Notes: generated from the letters alone by a model not told the origin. A stretch of 64,000 bases of DNA from Rhodothermales bacterium (GCA_965220935.1 OZ244857.1:1672929-1736928); one strand, 5' to 3'; counted from the first letter of the stretch, positions 50,401 to 59,924 are shown. A program made the numbers and translations.

Positions 50401-51964
50401 CCGATCGATCCGTGCCGGCGGTCGCTGTCACTCCTGGTGGACGATTGGGTCTCACGCTTGGCCCCGTTGTGATGCGGATGATATTGGAGGGGTGTATGCT
50501 TTCTCCTGCCTGTCTGCTGATGGCATACACCCTGTAGTGATATACGGTCTCCAGGGTCAGCCCAGTATGGGTATAGGACGTCTCTACGGTCGTGAAGGAA
50601 GTAATGGGGCCCACCGTAGTCCAGCTATCGGTTCCATTAGGAGACACCTCAATCCGGTAGCCTGTGATTTGAAGGGTGCTCGCTGCGGGTGCGGTCCATT
50701 TCAGGCTCACTCGGGTGGGCGATCCCGAAGTGATGATCAGATTATCCGGCCGTCCCGTCATGGCCAAAGGGGGCGTCGGAGGGCCAGTCCCCGCCAAACT
50801 GATTGCACTGACGCGGTACTGGCGCGCCTGTCCCAACCAGACCTGCCCAGCATCGGTGGTATGGTCATGCGAGTAGGTTGTAGTCGTTGATTCGGTATCG
50901 TCTTCTAGCGTAATCCAGCTGCTCCCTGGAACTGTGAGTGAGAGGGCTTCCACCTTGTACCCCGTGATCGAGCTGCCTCCATCATCGGCGGGGGCAGTCC
51001 AGGAAAGATCCGTGGATTCAGATCCAGCGGTTGCACGTAATGCGGTTGGAGCATCCGGGGGATCCGTGAACGCAATGAAGACAGGATCTGAAAAATGACT
51101 GCTTCTAGTAATGAACTGATTACGACCATATTCCGAAGATATTACGTACCCATAGGTTTTGCCTATCTGTACATTATTGTCGGTATAGGTCAATGAGGTT
51201 GCGGGATGGGTCCTTTCAATTCGAGTGAGAAAATCTCCATTATTATCGGCACGAAACAAGGCATAAAAATAAACCTGATTTCCATCGGGGAGATCCGTCG
51301 GGGCATCCCAAGAAATCTGGGCTACATCAGTGGACGTTTTTGTTACCCTCACATTCGTGGCGATGCCTGGCCCTGAGGCAGCTATGGCCGTAGTGGAAGA
51401 TTCATTCGATGGAGCACTTTCTCCCTCCATATTCAGGGCACGAACCCGATAATGAAAGGTGGCACCTGGCGTCAATCGCAAACTCAGATGAGAGAATCGA
51501 CTAAGAGTTCTTTGGGTATCTCCAACCAAAACCTCCCAGTTTGTGCCACCATCGGTGGACCATTCAATCTTGTACCCCGTGATGGGAGAACCACCATCAT
51601 TGACCGGGGCAAACCATGACATATTGATTTGGTAAATGCCTGTGGGCGGCCCTGCCGAGAAATTCGTGGGGGGATCTGGTACGGCTTGACCTGTTGTCTC
51701 GGTGGAAACGAGTGTTGACCCTGCTGTCCAAGCCGTGATGGTTGTTGGTGTAATAGACGTTACGTCAGGTATTTCGCCAGCCAAGAGAGATGTACCCTCT
51801 AAAGACTCTGGCTCGGAAAATCCATCTGGCAAACTGCCTATGACGCGATCGCCCGAAAAAATGGGGGGGGGGGGCAGAATGGAAGAGTGACTATGAATCG
51901 CCCCACTTCCATCATTGGAAGCCAGTAAGACTACTAAAAGAAAATTAAGTATTGGCATTGTCAA
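47441..51964 (-). CDS. Giant FN3-repeat / Calx-beta / Ig-like surface protein with signal peptide and T9SS C-terminal sorting domain (intact paralog)
   Basis: 1507 aa. The signal peptide is MPILNFLLVVLLAS (likely ATG at 51958). About 9 FN3 modules carry the ..ITGY(K/Q)IEVS.. motif. A poly-Asp linker precedes a Calx-beta-like module (TLSYTLSGTATQGSDYT...IVIVDDQDEEPDETV). Four Ig-like modules follow (PYSYTLTPELP.GL.F...R.LSGTP). The CTD is YPNYPNPFYRSTHLVFDLPWPAQVQVEVLDIIGRR...GPYLYQLRA. Confidence 0.92.
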   Translation of the reverse strand: MTMPILNFLLVVLLASNDGSGAIHSHSSILPPPPIFSGDRVIGSLPDGFSEPESLEGTSLLAGEIPDVTSITPTTITAWTAGSTLVSTETTGQAVPDPPTNFSAGPPTGIYQINMSWFAPVNDGGSPITGYKIEWSTDGGTNWEVLVGDTQRTLSRFSHLSLRLTPGATFHYRVRALNMEGESAPSNESSTTAIAASGPGIATNVRVTKTSTDVAQISWDAPTDLPDGNQVYFYALFRADNNGDFLTRIERTHPATSLTYTDNNVQIGKTYGYVISSEYGRNQFITRSSHFSDPVFIAFTDPPDAPTALRATAGSESTDLSWTAPADDGGSSITGYKVEALSLTVPGSSWITLEDDTESTTTTYSHDHTTDAGQVWLGQARQYRVSAISLAGTGPPTPPLAMTGRPDNLIITSGSPTRVSLKWTAPAASTLQITGYRIEVSPNGTDSWTTVGPITSFTTVETSYTHTGLTLETVYHYRVYAISRQAGESIHPSNIIRITTGPSVRPNRPPGVTATAGTDRSATITWTAPYDGGSPITGYEVNYNFSGERDYIWNNQPSVGPAIRSYTHMDLVVDSTYRYFVRAINAKGEGSRSEIVRARITGTVTAPTAPQSLTATPGGHTIINLRWSPPESHGGSLVIGYKIEVSTDGTSFTDLVANTMSTATFYQHTGLSRGDARHYRVTAITGRFPVGIVSEVVRGETGTPPAITAPGAPTSLTAMADGQTIINLSWTAPESTGGTRITGYQIEVSPNGTSEWTDLADNTESTATTYSHTGLSAGTTRHYRVSAINNVDTSTPSNVAMATTAAVATAPGAPTSLNATASGQTTINLSWTAPTSTGGAEITGYKIEVSTDGNTFTDLVASHPTPPYAHTGLSAATTRHYRVSAINSVNTGPASNVATATTADAANPTVPGAPTSLTATASGQTIINLGWTAPSSNGGGRITGYQIEVSTDGGTTFGSLVARHPTTSYSHTGLTAGVTRHYRVSAINSAGAGMPSNVANATTASDDRDGDDDDGGGEDDATAPALTFTVASASVDEAAGTYPISVTLSASSSTATTLSYTLSGTATQGSDYTIQSSVTLNGTSAQIPIVIVDDQDEEPDETVIVTLVSSTAYTLGSITAFTLTITDNDAVALSFAQTLDDQSYYVGLAIDALMLPAARQGTPPYSYTLTPELPKGLTFNASTRALSGTPTEVTAPKTYTYTATDASAHSVMQQFTIAIVQAEALTLTETVNDQRVPVQRLLKDLVFPVATGGIAPYSYTLTPELPSGLMFDATTRTLSGTPSEVATAQTYTYSVQDQAGTRTEQTFTLEVYQLSFAETVPNQTYSRAQPIAPLVLPEVTGVAPITYTLTLLDLPLGLRYDGLARTISGTPTDVIPPVSLTYKATDANGASDSLMFTIEVVSPVNTEDEAGLPEAFQVYPNYPNPFYRSTHLVFDLPWPAQVQVEVLDIIGRRMAAPQEVHLSAGWRHELELSDLGLPSGPYLYQLRAISLEDHSSSVYVGHFISVQ
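51863..51874. repeat. G12 homopolymer (C12 on the coding strand), encoding PPPP directly after the signal peptide of FN3 gene 2, in frame
   Basis: Counted directly: at gggggggg / gggg cagaat. The minus strand reads ATT CTG CCC CCC CCC CCC ATT TTT TCG. Confidence 0.95.
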
Positions 51965-52079
51965 ATTTTAAGTAGTTGATTGTGAAACACCTTGCTGTTG
52001 GTTGTCTACAAATCTGGATAAAAGCACCAGTGCGTAGTTGTAGTTTTTTACTGGGTTTTGATAGATGATTTCTCAAAAT

Positions 52080-53471
52080 GGGCCTCCCGTTTTAAGAGTG
52101 GGTTGGCCGATTTTTGGTGCCTTCTGGATACAAATCAAGTCCACCAAGATAGAAGTAAATTGCATTCTTTAATCGTTCAGGATTTCTGAATCCACGCGCA
52201 CGGATTTTGATCATTTTGATGCGGCTATTGATGCTTTCAGCCGGCCCATTACTCACATCTAAAACCACCGCATTGATAATGCCCCAAAGATGATTTCTAA
52301 TGGTTTTAGCCACTTTTTTCATCGGCTCCAGACGACTGCGTGAGAGCCACCCTAACCAACGGTTCCATGCTTTGAGCGCCCAAGTGCGATGTTTATACTT
52401 CCACAGCGTCTGGAACACTTCTTTCATCGCCCAAGCGCGTGCTGTTTTCAGTGCACTGTTTTTCAAGAGACTAAACCGCTTTTTTTGCTTGGCCGACATG
52501 CTGGCCCGATTCTTAAGCCAATCATACTTTGTCCCTACCAAATCCAGAATCCCCAGTTTCTTTAACGCACGATTCTCCTCTCTGCGAACCTCATCCACCC
52601 CAGTTCCAACATATTTAGAGATATGAAAATGGTCAAATGCAATCGGCATCGGGTATACGCATCCTTGTTGCAGTGATGTAGGCAGGCCACATATCCATAC
52701 TCACACTTTCAATCCCTGCAATTTGCTCAGGTGAACAACTATCGTAGTACTCTAATAAACTCTCTATTGTTCGCCCCTCTGACACATGTAACACCGTACC
52801 CGTTGCAGGATCCGATACAATCGTCACATAGTTGTGCCCCTTCTTGGACGCTGTCTCATCTACGCAAATATGAGGCACGATCTTCTCTGGCTTGCGCTCC
52901 AATCCACGCTTGATTCCACGATCCATAATATGAGCGATCATCGTCCAACTCACCCCTAAGCGTTTCGCGATCACTGAAATGCTGGTTGCATCATGCAACC
53001 AATCCATCACACAGGCCTCAAAACTGGACGTGAATTGCACACGAGCATCGGCCCAAGGAACCGAAATCGTACTCACGCCATGCTGTGGACACTGCACACG
53101 CGGCACACTCGCGACCACCTCCGTACGATAATCACAGATATTCGTATGGCGCCATCGTCGCTCTCGGTGATCATATCCCGGACACGCCTTCCCACACTCC
53201 GGACACCTTAACTCCGCATCCCCCGAAAGCGCTACATGGATCCTCGCCGCATAACGACTCGTCTCCTGCTCAATCTCGGTCACCTCCCACGGTGACGCAA
53301 TACCAATCAAATGATTCACATCCGTTATTTTTAAAGCCATCTTTTTTTTTGATAAGTTGAAGGATAGATAAACAAATCTAAACTACTATAAAAATCCTTA
53401 CCGAACCTTATTCTTGTTACCCTCGTTTACCCATTTCTGAAAATATCACCCACTTAAAAAATGGGAGGCCC
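52080..53471 (-). mobile_element. ISL3-family insertion sequence, copy 2, with a perfect 8-bp target-site duplication
   Basis: It has the same terminal IRs as copy 1. CTCAAAAT occurs at 52072..52079 and again at 53472..53479, directly abutting both ends. An 8-bp TSD is typical for ISL3. Confidence 0.9.
52092..53340 (-). pseudogene. ISL3-family transposase split into two ORFs (52633..53340 and 52092..52649) by the same frame break as copy 1
   Basis: MALKITDVNHLIGIASPWEVTEIEQE...CPECGKAC...MDMWPAYITATRMRIPDADCI* then MPIAFDHFHISKYVG... Skipping one nt (the g of gcc-g-att) would give a continuous IPDA-IAFDHFH. Confidence 0.85.
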
Positions 53472-53769
53472 CTCAAAATATACAAACATTGAGATAATTT
53501 AGACGCATACAACCATCATATCCAACAAAAATTGAAGAAACAAATCAATGGGAAAATATAAGAAATCAGACTCCTATGAATGAAGACAGATATAGAACCC
53601 TCACTGTTACATTACTCTATGCCAGTGGATTCATCTGACCTGCATAACCATGGAAAAACCAACATTTTTTCATCTGGATCAATCCAGAAAATTAGTCCAT
53701 TATTTGGGCAACTTCTTTTCAAAAAAACTGCTGGATGATTTTCATTTTAGCAATCATATACAAATCCTT

Positions 53770-55878
53770 CTACAGCAATGGAGCAATCACCAAGGCAACA
53801 ACAGCTATCAATTTAATTAAGATATTTAGGCTTGGCCCAGATGTATCCTTGAAAGGATCCCCTACCGTGTCCCCAACAACTGCAGCCTTATGTGCTTCAC
53901 TGCCCTTACCCAGACTCTTCCCATTAATTGTCATCCCTCCTTCTATGCGCTTCTTCGCATTATCCCAGGCACCACCAGCGTTAGATTGAAATATGGCAAA
54001 TAGAACGCCCGAAACAGTTACGCCAACCAATAAACCCCCTAACATATCAATACTTATGAATCCTATAATCACGGGCACTAAGATTGCGAGTAGGCCAGGT
54101 GCAATCATTTCGCGAATCGCTGCCGCGGTGGAGATGTCCACACATTTGGCATATTCAGCCGTTGCAGTCCCATCGCGCAACCCTTTAATTTCGTTGAACT
54201 GGCGTCCAACTTCAACGATCATATCAGCCGATGCTCGTCCTACAGCACTCATCGCCATGGCGCTAAATACATAGGGAAGCGTTGCACCAATCAATAGTCC
54301 AGCCAATATGTTTGGCTGAGCAACATTAATGGTTTCAAGACCTGTCTGCTGCATGAACGCGGCAAATAGCGCTAATGCCGTCAACGCAGCCGACCCAATA
54401 GCAAATCCCTTTCCAATCGCCGCAGTTGTATTACCAACAGCATCAAGCTTGTCAGTCCTTTCCCGAACTTCGGCTGGAAGGTGCGTCATCTCTGCAATCC
54501 CGCCAGCATTATCACTGATCGGTCCATAGGCATCCACGGCTAATTGAATTCCAGTCACTGATAACATTCCAACCGCAGCGATGGCAATGCCGTAAAGCCC
54601 AGCCATAGAAAATGCACCAATGATGGCTAATGCAAGCACTAGTGCAGGAACTCCAGTTGAATACATGCCCGTCCCTAGTCCAGAAATAATATTTGTTGCC
54701 GCACCCGTGATACTCTGTTTGGCAATTTGATACGTGGGCCTAGTGTTAGTCGCCGTAAAATATTCTGTCGCTAATCCAATCAAAACCCCTGCAGTTAATC
54801 CGATCAACATAGCAAAAAAAACACCTACAGCAGTATATGAACGCTCCCCAACAATACTGGTGGTTGCAACCCACTCGGCAGGAAGCATCCATGAAATCAC
54901 AAAAAATGCGAGCACGGCCATGACCGCACTCGCCCCAAACTCACCAAGATTGAGCCCTCTCTGTGGATTACCACCTTCCTTGACTCGAACAAAAAAGGAT
55001 CCAAGAATAGAAACAAGAATCCCTACCGCACCCAATACCAACGGAAGTAAAACTGCACTCAAACTCCCAAAAGCTGCACTGGAACCACTAAAAACCGTCA
55101 GAAACCCTGTCCCTAATACCATCGCACCTATGATAGATCCAACATAACTCTCAAAAAGGTCTGCGCCCATTCCAGCCACATCCCCAACGTTATCCCCAAC
55201 GTTATCGGCAATGGTAGCAGGATTTCGTGGATCATCCTCTGGGATACCCTCATAGACCTTGCCAGCAAGGTCGGCCCCAACATCAGCTGCCTTTGTGTAA
55301 ATTCCACCTCCAACGCGAGCAAATAACGCAATAGATGATGCCCCAAGTGAAAACCCCGAAATGACTTCAATCACTCGCATAGGAGTCCAGTTGGTCAATT
55401 CACTGTAGACCATAAACAGTCCACCAAGCCCCAAAATTCCTAGTCCTACAACACATAATCCCATCACCAATCCACCAGAAAATGCAATATTGAGTGCTGG
55501 AGCCAAACCACTACGCGCGGCATTTGTCGTTCTTACATTCGCCTTTGTGGCGACACGCATCCCAATAAAGCCGGCAGCTCCACTACACAGTGCACCCACA
55601 AAAAAGGAAAGTGCTGTCATCGGTGACTGCCCACTATCAGAGTCACTGATGAGTCCTGTAAAGACTAAAATTGTAGCAACCGAAGCGACAAAGATCGCAA
55701 TGACACGATATTCACGTTTTAGAAATGCCTGTGCTCCACGAGCAATATACCCTGAAATTGCAACCATCTCCTGTGTACCTGGATCCTGTTTTGAAACCCA
55801 TCGTGCCCGAATCCAAGCGAATAAAAGTGCAATGATACCACAAAAGCACACGATAAGTATTAGATGAATTGATTGCAT
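53770..55878 (-). CDS. hppA: Membrane-bound proton/sodium-translocating pyrophosphatase
   Basis: 702 aa, highly hydrophobic, with [39 protein letters not shown] and [21 protein letters not shown]. Confidence 0.95.
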   Translation of the reverse strand: MQSIHLILIVCFCGIIALLFAWIRARWVSKQDPGTQEMVAISGYIARGAQAFLKREYRVIAIFVASVATILVFTGLISDSDSGQSPMTALSFFVGALCSGAAGFIGMRVATKANVRTTNAARSGLAPALNIAFSGGLVMGLCVVGLGILGLGGLFMVYSELTNWTPMRVIEVISGFSLGASSIALFARVGGGIYTKAADVGADLAGKVYEGIPEDDPRNPATIADNVGDNVGDVAGMGADLFESYVGSIIGAMVLGTGFLTVFSGSSAAFGSLSAVLLPLVLGAVGILVSILGSFFVRVKEGGNPQRGLNLGEFGASAVMAVLAFFVISWMLPAEWVATTSIVGERSYTAVGVFFAMLIGLTAGVLIGLATEYFTATNTRPTYQIAKQSITGAATNIISGLGTGMYSTGVPALVLALAIIGAFSMAGLYGIAIAAVGMLSVTGIQLAVDAYGPISDNAGGIAEMTHLPAEVRERTDKLDAVGNTTAAIGKGFAIGSAALTALALFAAFMQQTGLETINVAQPNILAGLLIGATLPYVFSAMAMSAVGRASADMIVEVGRQFNEIKGLRDGTATAEYAKCVDISTAAAIREMIAPGLLAILVPVIIGFISIDMLGGLLVGVTVSGVLFAIFQSNAGGAWDNAKKRIEGGMTINGKSLGKGSEAHKAAVVGDTVGDPFKDTSGPSLNILIKLIAVVALVIAPLL

Positions 55879-55935
55879 AATCTGTTAAAAAAATTCAATT
55901 AGCTAAGCGAAGTTTAATACATGATGGTTCAATCC

Positions 55936-56589
55936 TTAGTCCTGATGACTCTGCTCTGATTGAGCAACATCTGATTGTGTTTTTGATGACCGAACCCGCC
56001 GATTAAATCGGTTCATCGCTGTTTGTATTCCTTCTGCAACAAACATAAGTGCTGCATCCCGGGCGCGATTGAGGGCATCATCAATGACCTCAACTTCTTT
56101 ATGTTCAAAGCCAGAGAGAACATAATCTGACTGATGTCCCCGCTCAAATTCTTGCCCGATCCCTATACGTAATCGAGGAACGTTATGATCACCCAAAACA
56201 TCTATGACATTTTGCATTCCATTATGCCCTCCTGCACTTCCTCCACTGCGCAATCGAAATACGCCAAGCGGTAAGTTAATATCATCAAAAATAACTAACA
56301 GCTGCTGACACTCCAAATGCATCTTCTTCTGAAAGCTACGAGCGGATTCTCCACTAAGATTCATCCAAGTCTGAGGTTTAGCAATCGTCAATGGATACCC
56401 TCTCCAACTCCCTGTACCACTAATTGAGTTCGTTCGCGGATCTAATCTTAGGATGATTGCACATTGATGAGCAATCCGATCTATGATTTCAAATCCAACG
56501 TTATGGCGAGTTCCTTGATACGCCTCACCTGGGTTGCCTAACCCAAAGATTAGGCGTTGTTTATTTGACATGTGCCAGCACGCTGCCAA
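55936..56589 (-). CDS. pth: Peptidyl-tRNA hydrolase
   Basis: Contains LIFGLGNPG..Y.GTRHNVGF and GHNGM. The true start is probably the ATG at 56571 (MSNKQRLIFG). Confidence 0.9.
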   Translation of the reverse strand: MAACWHMSNKQRLIFGLGNPGEAYQGTRHNVGFEIIDRIAHQCAIILRLDPRTNSISGTGSWRGYPLTIAKPQTWMNLSGESARSFQKKMHLECQQLLVIFDDINLPLGVFRLRSGGSAGGHNGMQNVIDVLGDHNVPRLRIGIGQEFERGHQSDYVLSGFEHKEVEVIDDALNRARDAALMFVAEGIQTAMNRFNRRVRSSKTQSDVAQSEQSHQD

Positions 56590-56600
56590 TTTGATTCAGG

Positions 56601-57206
56601 TTATTCCTCGGTCTCTTCCTCTGCTTCATCTTCCGCACCATCTTCAATTGTTTCTTCCTCCTCAACACGAGGACGAACAACCGACATTAATATTTGATCT
56701 TGCGGTGCAAGAAACTCAAGCGCCTCTTCATCAAGATCACGAAGATAAATTGAATCACCAATTTCAAGATGGCGAACATCAATGTCTATCTGAGTAGGAA
56801 TATCTCGGGGATAGCACACAACGGTAAGTTCATTCATAAGATATCTCGGAAGGCCTCCCTTTGACTGACCTACTGATGTTCCCACAAAATTTAGTGGGAC
56901 AGACAGAGTAATCTTCTCTCCCGCTTGGAGGGCTTGAAAATCTACATGCATTGGGCGATCTGTCACTGGATGATACGCAATGTCCTTGACAATACACTCC
57001 CAGTTATCATCTCCAAGGCTTAGATTCACAATATGCGTTCGATTCGTAAAGATCAGCGGGTGTAGGCTCTGCTCACTCGTCACAAAGGGGTGTGAATCCA
57101 CATGCCTACCATACAAAATACAAGGAACATTGCCTTCACGACGTGCAGCCTTAGCCGAAGACTTTCCAGGCGTTCTCAATTGAGCATTAATTGTGATTAC
57201 GTTCAT
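56601..57206 (-). CDS. rplY: 50S ribosomal protein L25 / general stress protein Ctc
   Basis: 201 aa with GKSSAKAARREGNVPCILYG and an acidic C-terminal tail. It sits in the conserved prs-ctc-pth order. Confidence 0.9.
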   Translation of the reverse strand: MNVITINAQLRTPGKSSAKAARREGNVPCILYGRHVDSHPFVTSEQSLHPLIFTNRTHIVNLSLGDDNWECIVKDIAYHPVTDRPMHVDFQALQAGEKITLSVPLNFVGTSVGQSKGGLPRYLMNELTVVCYPRDIPTQIDIDVRHLEIGDSIYLRDLDEEALEFLAPQDQILMSVVRPRVEEEETIEDGAEDEAEEETEE

Positions 57207-57212
57207 AGATCG

Positions 57213-58154
57213 TTACTGATTAAATAATGTAGATACTGAATCGTCGGTTGAGATTCTACGAATTGCGTCGGCAAACATTTCTGCGACACTAACAACTTCA
57301 ATACGAGAAGATTGGCGTTTAAGAGGAATACTGTCGGTGACCAAGAGTTTACTTAAGACAGATGCTTCAATTCGCTCGTAAGCTTTTCCAGATAACAAAG
57401 GATGAGTGCAGGCGGCCATGATTTCATGGGCACCGGCATCCCTGAGAGAGTTTGCAGCCTTGGTGAGCGTTCCTGCAGTGTCAATGATGTCATCAATCAA
57501 CAGAACATTCTTCCCTTTCACTTCACCTATAATATTGACGATCTCAGCCTCATTCTGATGGGGTCTGCGTTTATCTATCACAGCCAGCTCAGCATCTAAA
57601 TTATTCGCATAGGCCCGTGCCATCTTAATCGCTCCTACATCAGGCGCGACAACGACAAGATTGGTCAACTGAATTTTTTGGAAGTAACCTGCGAACACTG
57701 CAGAAGCATACAAATGATCCACAGGTACATCAAAAAAACCCTGAATCTGAGACGCATGAAGATCCATGGTTAACAAGCGATTGATCCCTGCGGTTTGCAG
57801 TAGATCTGCCATGAGCTTCGCAGCAATCGGAACTCTTGGCTGATCTTTTCTTTCTTGACGCGCATATCCAAAGTAGGGGATCACGGCATTGATCCTATCG
57901 GCGGAAGCGCGCTTGGCTGCATCAATTAATAGAAGGAGCTCCATCCAGTTATCTGCGTTTGGGTAGGTGCTCTGTACGATAAATAGGTCTCTACCACGAA
58001 TTGACTCTTGATATTTTGCATAGAGCTCACCATCTGAAAAGATCACACGACTCAGCTGGCCGAGTGATTGACCGTATACTTCAGCAATCTTTTCTGCCAA
58101 AGCGGGGTTACTACTACCAGTAAAGATTCCAATGGGTAATTCGCGAGATGACAT
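57213..58154 (-). CDS. prs: Ribose-phosphate pyrophosphokinase
   Basis: 313 aa with YFGYARQERKD, DLHASQIQGFF and GKNVLLIDDIIDTAGT. Confidence 0.95.
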   Translation of the reverse strand: MSSRELPIGIFTGSSNPALAEKIAEVYGQSLGQLSRVIFSDGELYAKYQESIRGRDLFIVQSTYPNADNWMELLLLIDAAKRASADRINAVIPYFGYARQERKDQPRVPIAAKLMADLLQTAGINRLLTMDLHASQIQGFFDVPVDHLYASAVFAGYFQKIQLTNLVVVAPDVGAIKMARAYANNLDAELAVIDKRRPHQNEAEIVNIIGEVKGKNVLLIDDIIDTAGTLTKAANSLRDAGAHEIMAACTHPLLSGKAYERIEASVLSKLLVTDSIPLKRQSSRIEVVSVAEMFADAIRRISTDDSVSTLFNQ

Positions 58155-58178
58155 TAATGAGTCTAATTATGCCAGAAG

Positions 58179-58249
58179 TTGCCCGGGGAGGATTCGAACC
58201 TCCACCGACGGCTCCAAAGGCCGCTGTCCTGCCATTAGACGACCGGGCA
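58179..58249 (-). tRNA. tRNA-Gln (anticodon UUG)
   Basis: Hand fold of the minus strand: TGCCCGG TC GTCT AATGGCA GGAC A GCGGC CTTTGGA GCCGT CGGT GGAGG TTCGAAT CCTCC CCGGGCA A. It has a 7-bp acceptor, 4-bp D, 5-bp anticodon and 5-bp T stems, and a TTCGAAT T-loop. No CCA is encoded. Confidence 0.88.
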
Positions 58250-59082
58250 ATTGTGAACAATGATTGATACTAAATTAAATTTAAAATAGCTGGACACTTA
58301 TTTTCAAGCATCATCGTATATTGGAGTTAAGATCTACTCAGAATGAACCTAAAACCAAGCGATTTTATGGATGATTAAGCAAAAATATTTATAAATTCCG
58401 TGTTAAACTCACTATATATGGAAAATGCTCAAATTTACGCACATGCTGTGATTTGTTGGGTAATATTAGGATCTGAAGCCTTAAAATTTTTCATGTTTAC
58501 ACAAAACCTCAACAGACCATATACGAAAAAACGGTTTGAAAATCATTGATCAATGTAATTGTCATGACTTCTGGCAATCCAGAAAAAACCGTCACCATCT
58601 GCGAATCGGATCATAGGTCATAGTCATACAAATAGCCTCCATCAATTAACCTCTTAATATCAAAATTTGCCAGTTGACTGAAAAAGGGTCTCTTTGGGCT
58701 AAACTATCATTTTGTCTGAATATAGACGGATCTTAACGACCATCAATCAAAATGTCAAGTTTATACAATAACGAAAGTGAATGTTCCCTGTACGATTTTA
58801 TTCAGGAAGCTCAGGGTATAATATTGAACCCTCTAATCAATAAATCAAATGAAAATGATTAAATTTACATGCTCATCATTTCGGATTTAATGAATTTCAA
58901 TCTTGAGGTCTACCAATTTTCAACCATAGGTAGAGCATTTCGGTCTAGCATGATGCATGGTCAAACTAATTGACAACAGTCTACATCCACGGTGTCTCAC
59001 AATTTCAATTAACATCTATCCATATGATCCTCTGGCTTCAATTAGCCATCTTGCATCGGAATTCTCAACCAATTAATCAGAA

Positions 59083-59841
59083 TTGATGAGCACTCCTACG
59101 ATCGGAATTATCGGAGGGATGGGGCCTCAAGCTGGATTAGACTTGGCTGCTAAAGTGATCTCAGAAACAACGGCCAATACCGATCAAGAGCATCTTCCAA
59201 TGGCACTGTTGTCCTTCGGACACCTGATTGGTGATCGAAGTGCATATGTATTCGGTGATCCAATCCCAAATCCAGCCATAGCCATCGCATCTGTGGCGCG
59301 TAAATTAGCCCAACTTGGCGTTGAGGTTGCTGGAATTCCCTGCAATTCCGCCCATGCCCCTCAAATCATGAATGTAACGAAAGAAGAACTAAAGGGTGTG
59401 AACATCCGGATTTTACATCTTATTCAGGAAACAATCCGCTATCTGAAACAGTCTACACCAGATATCACACATGTCGCACCCCTTTCTACATTAAGTGTTC
59501 ACCGCTTAGGTCTCTATGAATTTGCACTGCAAGATGCCAATTTCTCGGCTGTAATGCCATCCGAAGATGTCGCAGAAAATCTGGTGCACCGGGCAATCTT
59601 TGACCATGATTTTGGAATCAAAGCACATTCATCCCCAATTACATCTAAGGCGAAAACGATGATCTTAGATGCAATTGATCACTGTTACAGAAAAGGAGCA
59701 CAGGCCGTTATTTTAGGATGCACTGAGCTACCCCTGGCTGTTTCAGCTGCAGATCATGTCCATCTGATTGATCCTGCCCGTGCTTTGGCAAGGGCCTTGA
59801 TTCGCGAAACCGCTCCAGAAAAACTAATTCCGCTCAATTAA
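59083..59841 (+). CDS. Aspartate/glutamate racemase family protein
   Basis: 252 aa with IGIIGGMGPQAG, GIPCNSAH and ILGCTELPL (the two catalytic Cys motifs). Confidence 0.8.
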   Translation: MMSTPTIGIIGGMGPQAGLDLAAKVISETTANTDQEHLPMALLSFGHLIGDRSAYVFGDPIPNPAIAIASVARKLAQLGVEVAGIPCNSAHAPQIMNVTKEELKGVNIRILHLIQETIRYLKQSTPDITHVAPLSTLSVHRLGLYEFALQDANFSAVMPSEDVAENLVHRAIFDHDFGIKAHSSPITSKAKTMILDAIDHCYRKGAQAVILGCTELPLAVSAADHVHLIDPARALARALIRETAPEKLIPLN

Positions 59842-59924
59842 ATTTATTGCAAGTGAGTACTTCATCGTTGACCATGAGTATAATGGCGCTAAATGCAACT
59901 GCCTAGATTGAACTTCCATCATTT

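Noticed and set aside
39066-53471. The two ISL3 copies plus the intervening DNA as a composite transposon carrying the FN3 gene.
   Set aside because: The cargo includes core menaquinone genes (menD, menF). Copy 2 has its own 8-bp duplication on both sides, indicating an independent simple insertion. The outer flanks of the pair share no duplication.
53735-55867. Plus-strand ORFs inside hppA (53735..53989, 53993..54274, 54734..55147, 55490..55867) and similar antisense ORFs inside infB, nusA, pnp, res and the mod genes.
   Set aside because: Each is fully contained in a strongly supported gene on the opposite strand and lacks any motif of its own. These are typical shadow ORFs.
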